Shown one piece after another: positions 47,262 through 59,534 of a stretch of 64,000 nt of DNA (the first letter of the stretch is position 1; every line of letters begins with the position of its first letter). The position numbers were made by a program, and so were the translations under genes. The stretch comes from Lama guanicoe. Its lineage: Eukaryota. The notes beneath the pieces are model-generated. The model worked only from the letters and a program-made list of their open reading frames with translations. It was not told the origin of the DNA and ran no database searches. The stretch is taken from positions 4,609,824 to 4,673,823 of the forward strand of contig MU054391.1 of assembly GCA_013239625.1 (NCBI GenBank), given 5' to 3'.

Positions 47262-47720
47262 GCTGTAGGCTCTCAACTATCCAGTTCCCCTCCCTCCCTG
47301 TGCCAGAACAGCAGTGTAATGTGTGCCTGTCTGAAAGGATGGCGTTTGTCAGCCCTTCTGCAGCTAAGCATGGCCTCTGAGCTCTGGCCAAGGATGTGCA
47401 AATGAAGTGTGTGTAGGTGGGGTGAGGGAGGGCATCTAGAAAGTCTGCTTAATCAAAGCAGAAGGGAAGGCAGTGGTTGACTTTTCATCCTCTTCCTCTT
47501 CTCTGCTCTCTGAAATATGTATGTCATATCTCCGACACCCACAAGTTGCTTGACCGTGAGGTAACCATCAGATGTGAGCAAACCACGAGCTGAGATGGGG
47601 GAGCAGAAAGACAGAAGGAGGCTGGGTCCCTGGTGACCATGGAGCAGTCGTCAGAAACCCAGTTTATTTCAAGATAGCACTCTTGTTACTCCATCACTGA
47701 TTCATTCAGGAACCCTCTGC
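47262..47720 (+). mobile_element. Old ERVL/MaLR LTR (MLT1J- or LTR33-like)
   Basis: cagcccttctgcagctaagcatggcc..gctctggccaaggatgt...ttgaccgtgaggtaacc...ggagcagaaagacagaaggaggctgggtccctggtgaccatggagc. Confidence 0.7.
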
Positions 47721-49116
47721 TGACGTTCTGTTTGCTCTGCCCGCTGAAAGTCAATTCTGACCCCCAAGGTTCCCAATGCGCTTTAGGATGTAAAATCAGA
47801 CCTGACTTCCCTCCAGTATAATAAGGCAACAGGTCCCAAGCGGAATGACCCTCACCTGTTAGAAGCTTGTCAGTGTCATTGTATCAGAACTGGACTCTAT
47901 TTGGCCTTCCCCTCCCTTTGAAGGGCTGAGGATAGAAAGTTGGGAGAGAGAGGAGGGGGTGTGTGTGTGTAGATGAGGCTCCTCATGGGAGGATGGTTGG
48001 GGAAGGAAGAGAGAGAGAAACAGAAGAAAAGTGTGAAACTCTGCAGAGAAATGCAACTGAATTAACATCTATCAAAAGCATCATGATTCTTACTAACATT
48101 TACACTCAAGCACTAACTCATCTGCACTTAAGGGCTGGTAAAACCCTAACTGCCACAGCGAAAAATGTAGTATAACAACAGCTCAACTCCATATAATTTT
48201 ACTATTTTCAATAAAAGTGAAATGCTAAGTATAAAACAGAAAGTGATTGAGTTCTTATGTTTGTGGAAGCCTTTTCGCATAATTAGACTCACCAATCTAT
48301 AAACTTCATTTTTGACCCAGCCTCAAGTTTTGGTGTGAAAAGAGTGATCACCATAATCTCAAGACACATCTATCCGATTCTGGGAAACACCTGGATAACT
48401 AGGCATTACTCAGAAAAAAATAAAGGAGTCACTTTCGTATTCCTTTGATGACGCTGATTCATAAGGACACATATTTCAGTAAGAATCATACAAAAATAAA
48501 ATTGCAGAGCAAGAATAAGACCCTGTAACATGTGAGTGCAGCTCAGAGCTAGTTATCGACCAGATCCCTGAAATTCCCTGAAGTTCCAAGGTGTTTGTCA
48601 AGAGCGTGTTGATGGCCTCTACCTGTGAGAGTGCGGGGCACGTGCTCTTCTTTCCAGAAACCGAAATGACAATCATTAAACCAGGCAGCTGCTGCCCCCG
48701 GTGATATGACCACCTCTCCCTGCTCCCTGGAATTTGCTGGAGTCACCCTGCCTGAGCTCATCTCATTCAAATTAGCTGTTCCCTCCCCCGCGCCCCAGCG
48801 ATCTGGGTTGGTTCCCCATCTATTAGCTGAATTATTCAGATGTTTTCCCACAACGGCACAAGCAGGGCTCATGTAACTAGTTTCGAAATCAACAGTGAAT
48901 TACATTATTGACAATCTGAGCAGATTAATTAGGAAATCTGTCAGGAATGACGCTATGAGAGCTGGCTCCTTTTCAAGTCGGATCCTCAGCCTTGGAGAGG
49001 CTCATACCTGGTATGATTTAAGAGGTGGAAGAGGGAGTTCTGAGACCTGATCTGGGGATGGAGACAGGCCCCCCAGGCTGAAAGGTGGAGCCGTGGTCGA
49101 CTGGAGGCAGAAAGCC

Positions 49117-49156
<40 letters not shown>

Positions 49157-49187
49157 GCATGCACACACGCATGCACACACACGCACG
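49117..49187. repeat. Compound (CA)n microsatellite with alternating purine-pyrimidine extension
   Basis: acatacatacacacacacacacacacacacacacacatacgcatgcacacacgcatgcacacacacgcacg. Confidence 0.95.
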
Positions 49188-49329
49188 CCCCACAGCGTTG
49201 CTGGCTGGCTTACATCAGCTAACAAACAGGGCTGCAAAAATACCCTAGACAGAGGAAGGCACTTCTCAACATGTCTGCATTGTGGTTGCTTCCATGCACA
49301 GATTCTGGTGTCAGGGAACACCAGAAGCA

Positions 49330-49510
49330 CAGAATTATCAAGTCCCAGCCTTGCCCACATCTTGACCATGACATTTGGGGTAAATCCTACATAACCTCTC
49401 CAGACCTCATTTCACCACTGACAAAATGGAGTAACAATGTTTTCTCAGTAATTTCACTGGATTTCTAAAAGGACCAAACCGATTACGTATACAAAGTGCT
49501 CTTTATAATG
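49330..49510 (+). mobile_element. MIR SINE
   Basis: tcaagtcccagccttgcc...ataacctctccagacctcatttcaccactgacaaaatggagtaacaat...gtatacaaagtgct. Confidence 0.65.
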
Positions 49511-50627
49511 TAAAGGCGTCCGTGTTCCCGTTACTCCTGTCAGTCCTGTAGTATCAGCGTTTGTATTCACACTCGTATTATTGATGACGAGGTAGTCTGG
49601 ACACTCCGCAGCAAAATATGTTTGTATTTTCTCTCTATATGAAAGTCTTAATGTTGATGATATCCATGTGTTGAGGGCTGTTATCCTGGAAAAGGAAACA
49701 AAGCAGGTCCCATCTATGTGTTTGACTTTTATTGACATTCATGAGCCTGTTGATACAGATTCAACAGCTTAAAACCAATCAGTAAAACTGAAAGTCTACC
49801 CAGGGATCTGGAGAGAGAGGAAAAAAAAAAAGACCCTCTCCTCATCCCATTCTTCCCGATTTTAAGGAGAAAAACTACATTTCCAGCCCAGACGGGAGGG
49901 TCTTTCTGCAGGAATACAACCTGCCGTTAAAGATTCTTTTCCCCACGGCAGTTGTCCTTGGTCCTGATGCTTCCTTTGATCTGTCCAAGGGAAAAACACT
50001 CACCCTTAGCAACGATAACCCTTCTCAGAAAAATCCCAAAATGGCCATTTCAATTAATAATGATCTTATTATATTCTGTCTTATTTATACATAGACCTAC
50101 AGTATAAAATATTTTATAATGCTACATTCAAAGTAACACAGAACTTATTGTGCAGACTCTTTTTTTAAAACTAGGACCAAAAAATATGGTTATAACGATG
50201 AAGTCTTCCCCTTTTCAGAAGTTTCCATAAATGAAAACAAGAGATTTGTCATTAAGTAGTATTGATGATGAGAGCAGGGTTTACATGTTTGTCAATTTCA
50301 TTAACCTTGCAAATCAGGGACCTACAATGTGTTAATAACAGCATAACCCATCATTCCATTCTTCAAGGTAATTTCATGGATGCTATGTGTAGTTGATCAT
50401 GTTAGAATCTCTTGTCCTTACAGCTATTAGAAAACGTTACACTTTCCAAGATCATTAGGAATGTATGAATACCACACAGCTAAACCTGCAGCTCAAATAA
50501 TGGTCCCTGCTTGGCCTTGAATTCTAATCAGGGTGCACTAGACAGTTTCCACTTGTGAAGGACCAAGCTCCCTTGCATATTTTATACAAGAACGAGAAAT
50601 CCACAAAGCAGATGGAGAGCTTGGGAA

Positions 50628-51455
50628 TTTTTCTTATTGAAGTATAGTTGATTTACAATGTTGTGTTAGTTTGAGGTGTACAGCAAAGTGATTCAGTTTT
50701 AAATTCTTTGTATTCTTTTATATTATATTCTTATATATGTATTATATTCTCATATATATTATTTTTCAAATTCTGTTCCATTATAGGTTATTACAAGACA
50801 TTGACTATAGCTCCCTGTGCTATACAGTAGGTCCTGATTGTTTATCTATTTTATACATAGTAATGTGTATATTAATCCCAAACTCCTAATTTATCCCTCC
50901 CCCTCCTTTCTTGTTTGGTAACTGTAAGTTGTTTTCTATGTCTATGAGTCTGTTTCTGCTTTGTAAGTAAGTAAGTTTATTTGCATCTTTCTTATAGATT
51001 CCATATGTAAGTGATATCTTATGATATTTGTCTCTCTTTGTCTGACTGACTTCGCTTAGTATGATAAACTCTAGGTCCATCCATGTTACTGCAAATGGCA
51101 ATATTTCATCCTTTTTTCTGATGAGTAATATCTCATTGTGTATATATACCACATCTTCTTTATATACTCATCTGTCGACGGACACTTAGATTGCTTCCAT
51201 GCCTTGGCTATTATAAATAGTGCTGCTATGAACATTGGCCTGCATGTATCTTTTTGAATTAGAGTTTTTATCTTTTCCAGGTATGTGCCCAGGAGTGGGA
51301 TTGCTGGATCATATGGTAACTCTATTTTTAGCTTATCAAGCAACCCCCGTACTGTCCTCCATAGTGGCTGCACCAATTTACATTCCCACCAACAGAGTAG
51401 GAGGGTTCCCTTTTCTCCACACCCTCTCTACCTCTCCAGCATTTATTTGTAGCCT
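50628..51455 (-). mobile_element. 5'-truncated L1 (ORF2 C-terminus plus 3'UTR), cetartiodactyl-type
   Basis: Minus frames [25 protein letters not shown]...KDTCRPMFIAALFIIAKAWKQSKCPSTDEYIKKMWYIYT and KKDEILPFAVTWMDLEFIILSEVSQT. The 3' end reads ttattgaagtatagttgatttacaatgttgtgttag. Confidence 0.97.
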
Positions 51456-51489
51456 TTTAAAAATTAAATCCCTTGCCTTCGGATTGGCA

Positions 51490-52035
51490 GTGATGAATTG
51501 AATTATGGTTTAGCAAGTAGTCACTCCCCCTTCTATTTGGACTAGAGCATGCTTTCCTGCCCTGCTGACTGTGGGATCGGCTAGCTGCTTGTTCCGCTAA
51601 TGGGTTGTGAGCAAACACGAAAGAAACAAAGTTTTTAAATGTGTATGACTGAAATAAGCAAACAAACAAACCTAACTGGTGGGGAAGGGTATAGCTCGGT
51701 AGCAGAGTGCACGTTTAGGAGATATGAGGTCTTGTGTTCAATTCCTGGTACCTCCATGAAAATAAATACAGGAATAAATAAATGAGCATGCTTGGGTGGT
51801 TTGTTCTTTTGTGTTGCAGTGCTGCAGAAGGAGGGGAACGTGACCCAGACAGCCGCTTCCACTTTAGTACAGACTTCAGAATAAGACCCATGGAGCAAGC
51901 CCGGCCAAGCTAATAAGATCAGCAGAACCTCGGCCAACCCAGAGACCCCTGTCTGCAGCACATCAGTGTTTGCTACAAGCCACCGAGATTTAAAACTGTT
52001 TGTTAAGCATTATTAGGGCAACAAAGGGTTCACAC
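51490..52035 (+). mobile_element. Old MLT1 (H-like) LTR interrupted by a SINE
   Basis: gaattatgg...tttcctgccctgctgactgtggg...gctaatggg; 3' part gccaagct..agatcagcagaacc...tgctacaagccaccgagattt..gtttgttaagcattatt. Confidence 0.65.
51651..51779 (+). mobile_element. Camelid tRNA-derived SINE (Vic-1 type) with an extra 30-nt 5' segment
   Basis: Head at 51681: ggggaagggtatagctcggtagcagagtgcacgtttagg...ggtcttgtgttcaattcctggtacctcca. Putative TSD aaatgtgtatgact (51637-51650) and aaatgagcatgctt (51780-51793). Confidence 0.85.
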
Positions 52036-52199
52036 AAGGGCAGACTATTCTGTTTAACCATTCATGGTTTGCAGTAGGATCACAGAACTTTCTGAGGTTT
52101 GATTTCTTAAAAGTACACAATGTGTGTCTCTTTCATGAAAATCTTGGCACTGATACCAAATCATCTTGGCTACATGACTTAGTTTTGTGTGCACATCAG

Positions 52200-52357
52200 T
52201 TTCTCATTTATTTAGTCAGTCAGTCATTCACGTACTCACTTAACATATATTTTCAAAGTTCTTTCCATGTTCTGGATGCTGTGACAGCCACTGAAGACAA
52301 AATGAGGAATGAAATAGACAAGATCATTTTTTTAACTCAAGGGAATCACATTCTATA
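52200..52357 (-). mobile_element. L2 LINE 3' end
   Basis: tcattcacgtactcacttaacatatattt...ccatgttctggatgctgtg...tgaagacaaaatgaggaatgaaatagacaagatc...ctcaagggaatcacattcta. Confidence 0.75.
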
Positions 52358-53499
52358 AAATGGGTTGATCACCCCTAGTCCACCAGAGGAATGAAATAAG
52401 ATTGTGTCTGTGAACTTGTTATAAAGGAATCAAAGCCAAGGGCAAACATTAGGGAGTCTTCCTGTAAATTTCAGGATTTTCATGAGTGAAATATCTCAAC
52501 CACATTTTTAAAGGTCCCCAGGCTTCCTTACTATGAGAGTCTTACCTCCAGCTCTGAAGCCGATATTCTTACCTTCCGCCTACAGGAAAACAGAAATTTT
52601 TTATATCCATCAACTGCTACATGTGTTTGCTATTAAGCAGCTCTGAACCTTGCCCACAGAAACCAGTCATCCCTTATCGTTAGTAAAAAGATCAATGAAT
52701 TTTCCCTCCCGATTTATTTGTATTTTTCAAATTTGTGTGTATTGACGTTAATTTCCCTCCCTTTGGCAATTACTTAGTGATGAAGAACAGAGTGGGTGCA
52801 TTTTGACAGCAGGACTTCGAAACTGGGTGTCAGGGAAGGGATTAAATCCTGGGATCAAGGACAGTAGACCCTCAGAGCAGGAAGGAACTGAGGCAGCACC
52901 CCTTCCAAGCCCTCCCCCCGCGATGTGAGAAAACATAAACCTAAGGGCTGAAGGGATGCATTTGGGAAGAGCCCAGACCATTCATCGCTCTCTCCTCCCA
53001 GCCCCACGCTCTCACTCCAGGAGAAGTTTGAGAAAGCTACACAATCAGCTTAGTAGAATCGATCCGGCAGGTACCTTTCATCTGTGATGCCCAGCTCTGA
53101 ATTGGAAGATGCAGGAAGAAGAGACACAGGTACCCCCCAGAGTCCCTAAGAGGTCACTTCTACTCAGCACGCAGCTTGCCACTGAGACGGTCCCCTTCAG
53201 ACTTCATCAGGTGCCTCTTCTCTTTGCACCAAGACCCAGCCCTCAGGGCAGGGACCTGCAGGGATGTTATCTTGCTTATTGCCATCAGGGTGATTTGATC
53301 CATCACTGACAGATGCCGCCCAAATTCACACCTTCACTCTTCCTTCTAAGGTAAAATTACAGATGCAGCTGGCTTTCGTAGAGCAGCCGCCTGCTTTCAC
53401 GATCTTGTGACTTCGTCTTCACTCTCCACTGACCAGTCATTCTGCCTCAGTGAAAATAAACTAATTGAAACTACTCGCTCTGTCCTTTTCCCTGTGTAT

Positions 53500-53660
53500 T
53501 ACCTCTGATCTGTACAGCACTTTGAGGCCTCTTTTAGTAACCACCTCCTACAGATGAGGAAATCAAAGCTCAGAAATTCACTCACCCAGGGTCCCACTGT
53601 CACTAAAATCTGAACCAAAATTCAAATCCAGGTCTGTTTGCAAAACATTTCTCCTTTGCA
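53500..53660 (-). mobile_element. MIR SINE
   Basis: cctacagatgaggaaatcaaagctcagaaa..ctcacccagggtcccactg...aattcaaatccaggtctgtttg. Confidence 0.7.
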
Positions 53661-55209
53661 CCAAAGCACACTTTTTTTTAATTCAAAAAAAAAAAGCACA
53701 CTTCTTTCAACAGAAGATCAGCAATGATAAGAGGCATTGTCTGCTGATGAACCCAGCTGGCCCCACTTGGAAAATCCACAAATACCAAAAGGAAGCTGGG
53801 AAATGACAACTGGGAATTTCATCTGCATTTCCCTCGCATCTGTAATGCCGTCTACGCCAACAAAGACCTTCCACGTGTCCCCTAAGAAGCAAATCTAAAG
53901 GCCCTTTGTAGTACCTGAAAATCACCCCAGATTCTGTCATCCCAGCCCACAGTCCTTAAAGCCCCATCCGCAGCTGCCCAGAGAGTGTCTTTTGGTTCTC
54001 TTGGTTCAGTAAGAGGCATAAATCTCGGTAAGCTACTGAAAGGGCGATTTAAACAAGCAACTCCAATGAAGTTTTTAAAAAAATCAGAAAAATAGGTAAA
54101 ACATGAGATTAGTTATTCTACCTGCGGGGGAAGCACGTCCCATGAGGCTGAGAGACGAGCTGGGGCGGATCCGTGCTACACCGAAGACCACGGCCGGGCT
54201 CAGCCTGGACAGTAACTGTGACAGGGCGTCGCAGCACCGACAGCTGTCAGGGCGTCCAGACGTCCCCCTGGACGGCTGCCACCGCTGAGCCCTGGACGGC
54301 CCCAAGCAGCACTCTCCCCAGAGGAGCCAACGATGAAGGCCACAACCTCACTCAAGATGACCGCACAGCCGAGGTGGTGAAAAAACTCATTTTCCACATC
54401 AGCTCAAAAAAAAAAAATAACAACGTTGTGCTTCCACTGTTTAAGGACAGGACCCTCGGTGGAGTGTGACCGGCGGGTCTCAACCACACCAGCCAGCGGA
54501 CGTCCATCGGACCCTCTCAAGGTCCTCTTCCCTCAGCCGCTCACACTTGCCAGGGACCATCCAACACATCCAGACGTGTGATCTCAGAGGGGAGACGCAC
54601 CTCCATCCTCCTGCATCGGGAAAGCCACCCGCCACCCCTAGGCTTCCGTGTCTTGTGCTCAGTGGAAATGTCTCCAAGCAGAGCCATCCTCTTCACACTT
54701 TCCAACGAAGCCAAATTCTGTTTGTCAGTTTTCCCTTCTTGCTTAGCCCACGAGGGAAGGCCTGCTGTACGTGATAACACCTGCCATGAGCTTGCTTCTC
54801 TGCTGTTTCCCGCCCCTGGCCCTGCCTCCCCTGCTGGTGGCAACTCCCCTCTGTGGGTGACATCTGTCCTTCCCTCTTTGCACTTCAAAGGTCAGCTCTA
54901 GAAGGTTCGTAGTCAGAAGCAGGGGCAGGTGTCCTTGGAAGAAAGGGAAGAATGAAAACATTCTTCAAACCCAGGTGGTGGAAAGAAAACGGGCTTTGAC
55001 CTCAGACAGGCCCAGGCACTACTTTTGGCTCAAGGCATCTGCCCTCTGGTTGCCCTAGAGCCCAGGTCCTCCTGCAAAAAGCCAAAGAGTTAAAGGAAAA
55101 GTGTGGGCAACATCTGGGTGGATGGAAGACACTCAGGAAATAGTAACAATTATTCAGTATTTTAAGAGCTGGCAGGTCACAGAGAGTGGGCTTGTTCTGA
55201 GCAGCTCAA

Positions 55210-55400
55210 GATGACAATCAACATTCACTGTGCACTTACCATGGGCCGATGTTGACCCGATTTCATTTAACCTGCTCTGCAATCCTCTGGTGTAAGTGTC
55301 GCCATTATCTGCCTTGTCCAGAAGACGGTGCCACGGTCCTTCTCGGGGAAACGCACTGTGGCACGCCCACCCCTGAGCCCAGGGAAGCCCAGCTCTCCCA
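55210..55400 (-). mobile_element. MIR SINE
   Basis: aacattcactgtgcacttaccatgggcc...atttcatttaacctgctctgcaatcctctg. Confidence 0.55.
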
Positions 55401-55658
55401 TGTGAGTGGTGGCAGAGGAGCTGGGATGCGTGCATTGGAGCCTCCACACTGGCTCCAGCGGACCCTCCCTGCATTGCCTCATTCATCAGTGGGGGCAGGA
55501 ACGAGACATGGTTGGGCAGGAGGCAGAGGGTGGGCAGGTGCAAAATTCTCCTAGCCCCTGGCCAGTTCTTTTTCCTCCACTGCGCGTCTGTCCTGAAGCA
55601 TTGGCCTGGCGTGACCGATGGAAAGAATGCCCTTCAGGAAGGCTGTGTTCCCAAAGAG

Positions 55659-55790
55659 CATTCATTCATCTACTCACGCATTCATTCATTGATCCAACAA
55701 TATGCGTTGAGTGTCTGCTGGGTGTCGGCGCCACACAGCCGTGAACACAACGTTCTAGGGGCGGAGGACACACGAGAAGCCAGTCAGCTG
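55659..55790 (-). mobile_element. L2 LINE 3' end
   Basis: cattcattcatctactcacgcattcattcattgatccaacaatatgcgttgagtgtctgct...gttctaggggcggaggacaca. Confidence 0.65.
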
Positions 55791-58239
55791 AGTGTCAGGA
55801 AGAGCTCCGCCACCCAGCGGCGACCGAGCATCCTCACGCCCTGGGGTCCCTGTGGCTTCCTTACAGTGAAGCCCAGGAGGCTCGGGGAGGCTGGCCAGAC
55901 CCTCCGCCTGCGGCCACCCACCCACTAAGTGACCACGCTGGGTGGACGCCAGGACCACGTGCCTTGTACTCCCAGGCCCTCCTGTGTCAGGGGTTAGTAT
56001 CAGTCCTAATAACAAAATCCACCCGCTGATCTTGGCTTAAAGCTACGGTGGCTACTTCCTTCGGTGCAACGTTGGGAGCATACAGCAGATGAGACAGAAA
56101 ATGAATCAAGCACCACCCACAGAGACAAACTGGCACCGCCATCCACAACAGTGGAATTTTTTTTTTCCTACACTTATAAACAGGAAAGGAGTTTGGGTTT
56201 CAAAAATCAACTGATTTCCTTGCTGAAGCCGTATCTAGGTTGTGTATCGAAGAAAACAAAAATAATTCTGGGCGCAGAAGGGAGATGGAATATTCCTGCG
56301 CTCAACACTGGGCCAGGCTGGCTCCGTCCCAGACGTAAAGATTCTGGTGTCCCTTTTTAAATAAAAATAAATAAAATAAAGTGGTTCAATCCCGATGGCG
56401 AGCGCCAGCACATGTTACAGAGGAGGGGGAGTGGGTGGCTGGGTGCGTGGTGTGAAAATGTTTCACAGTGGCCAACAGCAGCCCTGTTGTGAAGCCGACA
56501 GCTGGGAGGAAAACACAGGTGTGTTAACACAGCCTGGCTGCTCTCACTGCCCTTCCTGCTGGCCCGGGTGCTGGCCGGACCTCAGAGCCACTGCTGACCA
56601 CAGAGAGACTACGTGCGAGGAGGCAGGCAAAGGGGACAGCCAAGCCAACATCCCAGCAAGGGCCACGGCCCTGCTCCCACCCGCAAGCACCCCAGGCCGG
56701 GGCAGCCCCTGTGCCATCCATGCACCAGCGCCCAGGTCAGGGCCGGGGTTGGGGGCTCTGCTGAGTGACTGCTGCTTGACGCTGAAAAGCTAATGACCTA
56801 GGTAGGCAAAGGACGGACCCGGCCTTGTGGGGTGGCTCTGGGAAGTCCCGTGTCCAAACCCTGGACGGGCTCTGTGGTTTGGGTAAGTCAGCCCATCTGA
56901 GCCCCAGTCCCTTGCCCAGCAGAGAAGAGTCTAGGTACCACACTGACACATCTCTGAGCAGCGGTAGGGGCAGGAACGGCAGGGCTCTGGGGTCATTTCC
57001 GCAGGGGTCCCAGGCAGGTGTCTGCAAGAACTTGAAGAAATTCGATAAAGATGTGCAGCTTTTCCGTGACCCCAAAAGGGAAGTGAGGGAGTGGACTTGT
57101 CCCACCTCATGTGGTCCCACGAAAGGGACCTTTGGGTGACTTTTCATGGGTTTTATGTTTTGGGGGAAGAACTCTTTTCCAAGTAAACTTTAGTTCAGTC
57201 AAAGGGATAAAAGGAGTTGACAGAAAGTAATGACACTCTTGGGATCACTTTTTCATGCTGAAAACCACCATTTCATTAACTGATACAAATTGTAAAAAGA
57301 CAGCAACATCCTGATGTCCTTGGGGTCTTGCTGCTGTTCATTTCACCCGGCCCCTGGGGAAGGTCACTTGTCTTCCCTCTGATGAGAAGCTCCTAAAGCC
57401 AGATGGGTCCAGAAAGGTCCAGGGGATCCGCCGGGCTCCTGAAACTTACTCTCTTCCTAAAAAGAGAGAGCGCTTCCACTGTGGTCACTAGCATCTCAAA
57501 CAAGCCAAAAGCTGCCACAATGAGTCCCCTCTCCAGCATCCAAGGGAAATAAACACCTGTTTGCCGAAGGCAGCCCAGACATCCCCTGTCCTCCTCTTTC
57601 AAGGACTGACCCATGAGGACTGAACGTGTTCCCGCATCCTCACTCCCAGTTCTCTCTCAGCCTTTCCTCTGAGTCATTTGCTCAAGGGCTCTTCTGTCTG
57701 AAAATGGATGCTTGGACTGAACACAGAGCACAGAGGCGGGTGAGTGAGGTGACAGGGAACCGGAAGCAGTGACGTGCGCCTGGTGGCCAGAGGCAGCATC
57801 CTCCCGGGCTCCCCTCCCCTGCCCCTCCAGGGCCCCCCGCCCCCGGCCACCCCCACATGGCCCAGGACTTTTCACCAGGCCTGGGAGAGAAGCCAGCAGC
57901 AGCCAGTCTTGCTTTTCATTAACTTGTTTGTTGAAGAAATATTTCTGAGCACCTGCTACAGGCCTGGGATGAGTTGCTGGCGGGCCTGCCCCTCCCGCAC
58001 CGGCCAGCCAAGGATTCAGATGCAGAATTACCAGAAAACCCAAGAGCTGCGGGTCAGATAGGTGAACTTCTGCCCACATTCCAGCTTGACTTCAGTCCTG
58101 ATAATCTGCCGGCAAGTTCCCAGTTCTCATTCATGCACCAGCACCCCAGGGTGCTGAGAGCCGTCTAGAGTGTGCTGGTCCTCGCTCTGGCCTCCGAGCG
58201 TTGGGCAGGACCCAGATGGTGCCCTGTGCCACCACCAGG

Positions 58240-58430
58240 GGTGGGCTTCTGTGAATCCTCACTCTGTCAATTAAACACTAGCTTGACGTGGCTCGACCTC
58301 GATTCCCTCATGTGTAGAAATGAGGAGAGTTCTGTACCCTTCGGAGGCTGTGGTGCAGATTACATGAAATCATTAGGAAAAGCGCGTGACATGGTACCTG
58401 ACTTACAACGGAGCATCCACAGCCAGTACG
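58240..58430 (+). mobile_element. MIR SINE
   Basis: gtgaatcctcactctgtcaatt...acctcgattccctcatgtgtagaaatgagga..gtacccttcggaggctgtggtgcagattacatga..aaagcgcgtgacatggtacctgac. Confidence 0.65.
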
Positions 58431-58990
58431 ATTTCCATGGCACCCTGGTCCTAGCAGCTCAGTACTGGGATTCAGAACAGCTCGGGGTCGCCCTTCTGCA
58501 CTGGAACCAGGGTCCCCAATCCAGAAGAAGTGAGCACAATGCACTGAGATAAACCCAGCGGCGAATGAGAAGAGGCAAACCTCTGGGTGACAGAGCAAAG
58601 CCCGCTTGGCCGTGGCAACACCGTTGTCATAAACGCCCCAGACAGCTGAGGCTCTTGGCTAGCAGACCGGCGGGCCGTCACGAGCCCTGGAATCAGGGGG
58701 CCCCATAAATGATGCATCAAGAGCATATCGAGCTACAAACCGCGAGCTTCAGACCCGGAACATCTGTGCAGACAGGAGGACTTCACCGGAAGAGGCGGCC
58801 CCAGCTACGCAGGCCCCCCCCCCAGCCCCGGGGCCTTCGGACTGTGCCCCCCATCCAGGCCTTGGCTCTGGTTTACACAGCGAAAGACATTCATTGCGCC
58901 CTTTAAATGTGCAATGTTTTACAGAACAAAAATGTCACATGTTCCCCAGTGGCGGTGCTCTTTTTTTTTCTACTGTTAGGGGACCTGAGG

Positions 58991-59037
58991 AGGGAAGGGA
59001 AGGGAAGGGAAGGGAAGGGAAGGGAAGGGAAGGGAAG
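58991..59037. repeat. (AGGGA)9 pentanucleotide microsatellite
   Basis: Perfect agggaaggga... run; pure purine strand with nine GGG tracts. Confidence 0.97.
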
Positions 59038-59534
59038 ATCCCACCTCCAGCCCCTAAAACGAAGCCCAGTGGTCAGAGCCGGTCCCCCGCCCCCTGGGCT
59101 CTCTGGGCCAGTGCTCCTCCAGAAGCAGTGATCGGCAGGGCCTGCGCGCTCTCTGTTCAGAGGACGCCGCGCGGGGCGGCGGGAGCCCCGCACCCCAGCT
59201 TTCTTCCCCTGGAGACCTTTCCTCTTCTTCTTGTCTCCATCCAGCGCATCGTGGGGGAACCCTCGCTGTTCCAGCAATTCTAGGAGGGGAGGGGCCCAGT
59301 ACACGTGATGGGGAAAGAGCTTGGAAATAAGTAACTATCCTGGCCTGGAGGCTGGAGGCTCCCAGTGTGCGTTTGACCTCCGCCTCCAGGCCCCGTTCGC
59401 GGGTGAGCCCTGATCTACTAGGTGACCCACCGTCCTCTGGGTGACCCACCATCCTCACGATACAACAGCTGCTCAGCCATCTACTAGGCGATACATAATC
59501 CACAAACTGATCCTTTGAAGAGCTTTATGGTTAT

